From Truepera sp. (GTDB taxonomy: Bacteria > Deinococcota > Deinococci > Deinococcales > Trueperaceae), in assembly GCA_965218435.1 (NCBI GenBank), contig CBDCKW010000005.1:1-64000 (forward strand): a DNA stretch of 64,000 nt, given 5' to 3'. Every line of letters starts with the position of its first letter. Position 1 is the stretch's first letter. A program made the translations under genes and the position numbers. Shown here piece after piece: positions 61,556 through 64,000 of the stretch. Under the pieces are notes generated by a model. That model was not told where the DNA came from. It saw nothing but the letters and a program-made list of their open reading frames with translations, and did not search any database.

Positions 61556-62857
61556 TTAGGCAGCGTTCACAGTCTGCTCGAGCGTCTTAAAGCCGTCCAT
61601 GATGCTCGGGATCATCCGGGCATTCGTGGCCGCTTCAAGTCTCGCGTGGGCAAGAGCTGCGACAACACCTTTCGGCGCTTTACGATCACTTTGCTTGAGC
61701 TGCGTTTCAAGCAAGGTGACGATGGTCTCGGGCACGTCGGCTTCCGCTTCGTCCCTGGCCTCGGCATCATCGGCTTTGATAAGCTCACGTCGAGCTTTTA
61801 CCTCAGCGGTGACTTTCTCGGCCGTTTTGCGACCTTCGAGCCATGCGTCCGATGGTGCTTCTATGGGCCAGCGAGGACCCTGGGTACGTGGTGCCGGTTG
61901 TACCCTGATAGGTTTCGCCAACTCCGCTGCCCAGTAACCTGCACTCCCACCGCGACCACCTTTCTGCGGCGGCAGCGGGGGCACGAAGTCACTTACCTTC
62001 GGCCCGCCTGCCAGCTCAGCTAACGCGTCCTGGTAACTTGCTTCACCCGCTTCGGAGACAAGCTCGTCGGCACGTTCGGCGACCAGAGCGCGTTCTTCGA
62101 TGTCGTCTTCATCACCAAAGTGGGGTGACAGAAGCGGATCGAGGTTGCGGCTGGTGTCTCTGACAAACCGCGCGTGCTCAAAGCTCGGGGCTGAAGCACC
62201 GAACAAAGAAACGCGGCGTATCGGATCACGGGCGTCGAGTTCGGCGGCTTCTTTCCAGGTGATGTCGGCCTTGTACCCAAGACGCTGTATCACCCCGAAG
62301 TCCCGACCGCTGTTCTGCATGAAGTCTTCTTCAAGGTCCCACGGCGCGACTTTGGTCAGCGTAAGTGACCTGGTCAGCGGGTGGGTGCGTTTGACGAGCG
62401 TGTGCCAGCCATTTCTGGAGGCGGACTGCTCATCCCACAGCTCTCGAAGAAGCTCTTTGAGAACGCGGCGGTGGTTTCTCTTGCAGCGGAGGTCTAAACG
62501 ACCCGAAGCTGCTGCGGGGGCGACTTTGTTCACCACGAACTTGGCGAAGTTCGGATTGTTACGCAGCCGCTGCCCGAACTCTTTCCTGACCATCTGCTCA
62601 CGCGAACGCCGGTTGACGTCGTCAGCAGAGGACGAGTAAAAAGAGAAGAGCACCACATCCGAATTCACGAGGCGGACGAGGAGCCTCATGGCGAGAGGGC
62701 GGACGTCATCGGGACAGACAAGTCGAACGTTTCCGTCCAACACATCTGCTGCTCTCTTACGAGCTTCCTGGGCAAACTTGGCGTCTGCCTGATAGCGCCC
62801 CAGAAACCCTTTGACACTCTGACCAAACACAAACGTATCCTCCTGCTGGTTTTGCAT
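61556..62857 (-). CDS. Orphan hypothetical protein, 433 aa
   Basis: Long ORF; AAAGGGG RBS before ATG at 62857. Confidence 0.75.
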   Translation of the reverse strand: MQNQQEDTFVFGQSVKGFLGRYQADAKFAQEARKRAADVLDGNVRLVCPDDVRPLAMRLLVRLVNSDVVLFSFYSSSADDVNRRSREQMVRKEFGQRLRNNPNFAKFVVNKVAPAAASGRLDLRCKRNHRRVLKELLRELWDEQSASRNGWHTLVKRTHPLTRSLTLTKVAPWDLEEDFMQNSGRDFGVIQRLGYKADITWKEAAELDARDPIRRVSLFGASAPSFEHARFVRDTSRNLDPLLSPHFGDEDDIEERALVAERADELVSEAGEASYQDALAELAGGPKVSDFVPPLPPQKGGRGGSAGYWAAELAKPIRVQPAPRTQGPRWPIEAPSDAWLEGRKTAEKVTAEVKARRELIKADDAEARDEAEADVPETIVTLLETQLKQSDRKAPKGVVAALAHARLEAATNARMIPSIMDGFKTLEQTVNAA

Positions 62858-63125
62858 GTCTTTCCCCTTTCTTACAACTGAGTTCAGACAGACCTGAGAC
62901 TTGGTAGTTTGGCCTATCTGCTGTGAGCCTAGCAAACCCTGGAAATCCCTGTGCTGTTTAGGTGCGTAAGGGACGCAAAAACGGCGTACACGCAGCAAAG
63001 GATTTGCACCCCGATAGAGTTGGTGCTACACTCTAGGGGCATTTCAATCCTTCTGGATTGCACTGAGTTACCAGGCGGCAGAGTTTACTTGGTAGTTGCT
63101 CACTGCCTGGGCTTTTCTTGCCCCG

Positions 63126-63153
63126 ACAACAAAAAAGCCCCGCACTGGGGCTC
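63126..63153 (-). terminator. Intrinsic terminator of the Uma2 gene
   Basis: AGCCCC-AGTGC-GGGGCT-TTTTTGTT. Confidence 0.75.
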
Positions 63154-63174
63154 GCGCACAAATTTGTGAAGGCG

Positions 63175-63729
63175 TTAGCTGTCGAACAGCTCGCTGATCG
63201 GCAGTTGCCATCCCGGTACAACTTCACCACCGTCGAGCGTGTCGTCTACCCCCAGAACCTTCACATCGGCATCGGGAGCGTGGACGAACACCTGCTGCCT
63301 GCGCGGGTTGACGACCACGACCATCTTGGAGCCCGCTTCCAGCCACTCGGCCACCTTGTCGCTCACCTCGGTGTAGAGATCAAAGGGGGAGACGACTAGG
63401 GCGGCCAGGTCGGGCGCACCGGGCCAGTAGCCCTGAACCGGGCCTACCTCGTCGAGCCGCTTCTGACTGATGAAAGCGGCGTCGGGTGCGCGGACGGTGT
63501 CGGGATTGCTGGCGAGTTTGAAGCCCGTTTCGGCGGCGTAGACCTTACCGAGCCTTTTGGCCTTCACGAAGTTTCGCAGCTCGGCAGCGAACTCGAGCGC
63601 GAGCATTCCATGTTCGTTTCCTGCGGGTGCCATCTTCTTCAGCTCCCCCTTTACTAGTTCATAGCGAAAGCCGTCGTTGGGACAGCGGAGGAGTTCGTCG
63701 GCTGTGGTTAGCTGTACCTGGGTGGTCAC
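63175..63729 (-). CDS. Uma2 family (DUF820) endonuclease-like protein
   Basis: YELVKG, VRAPDAAF, GAPDL..VVSP; the usual catalytic Glu appears replaced (AALVVSP). Confidence 0.9.
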   Translation of the reverse strand: MTTQVQLTTADELLRCPNDGFRYELVKGELKKMAPAGNEHGMLALEFAAELRNFVKAKRLGKVYAAETGFKLASNPDTVRAPDAAFISQKRLDEVGPVQGYWPGAPDLAALVVSPFDLYTEVSDKVAEWLEAGSKMVVVVNPRRQQVFVHAPDADVKVLGVDDTLDGGEVVPGWQLPISELFDS

Positions 63730-64000
63730 GTCTACCTCCTTTTGGTCCTCACAGTATAGGAGGCCCGAACCTTTTAAGGCAGACTGCACGGCACGTGCGA
63801 TGTTTAGGGGTGCTTCACGCTCCCCTCGACCTCGAACATGACTCGGGTTGTGATGCCTTCGTGCTCTATAAACGCCTTCGACACGGTTTCCGACCGCCTG
63901 TATGGTGACCTTTCTTACTAAGCCGTACGCGTTGAAAGTCAGAGGGTCGTCCTCCGGGTAGTCCTCGTCCTGGCAGCCGTTCCCACGGTGTCTAGCCCAG

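Overview
About 56% GC bacterial DNA, probably Deinococcota/Trueperaceae-like. That assignment is an inference from strong CTCGAG over-representation and repeated TAnnnT-6nt-ATG leaderless starts. The window has four parts. (1) 1-6.9 kb: an HxlR/DoxX/LLM-oxidoreductase locus, an IS6 remnant and broken oxidoreductase/amidohydrolase genes. (2) 7-34 kb: a co-oriented (+) array of about 45 small detox/stress-type genes with repeated paralog families (RibD_C/DHFR-like, ArsR-SRPBCC, DUF1579-like, DUF998, alpha/beta hydrolases). Many are pseudogenised, and MITEs and short repeats sit between them. (3) 34-53 kb: a two-component system, methyltransferase/hydrolase operons and a patchwork of truncated genes (S41 peptidase, PIN TA, type IIG RM, LacI, DUF790, ABC permeases, IS200, IS982). 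(4) 53-64 kb: a minus-strand ICE/plasmid-like segment. It carries a PRTRC-type E1(ThiF)/E2/protein-F operon with no ubiquitin-like gene or JAB, an Xre-RES toxin-antitoxin pair, a stand-alone macrodomain, an inactivated group II intron inserted in a DUF6094-like start, and an orphan 433-aa gene bracketed by TGT...ACA inverted repeats and dense RNA/ssDNA hairpins.
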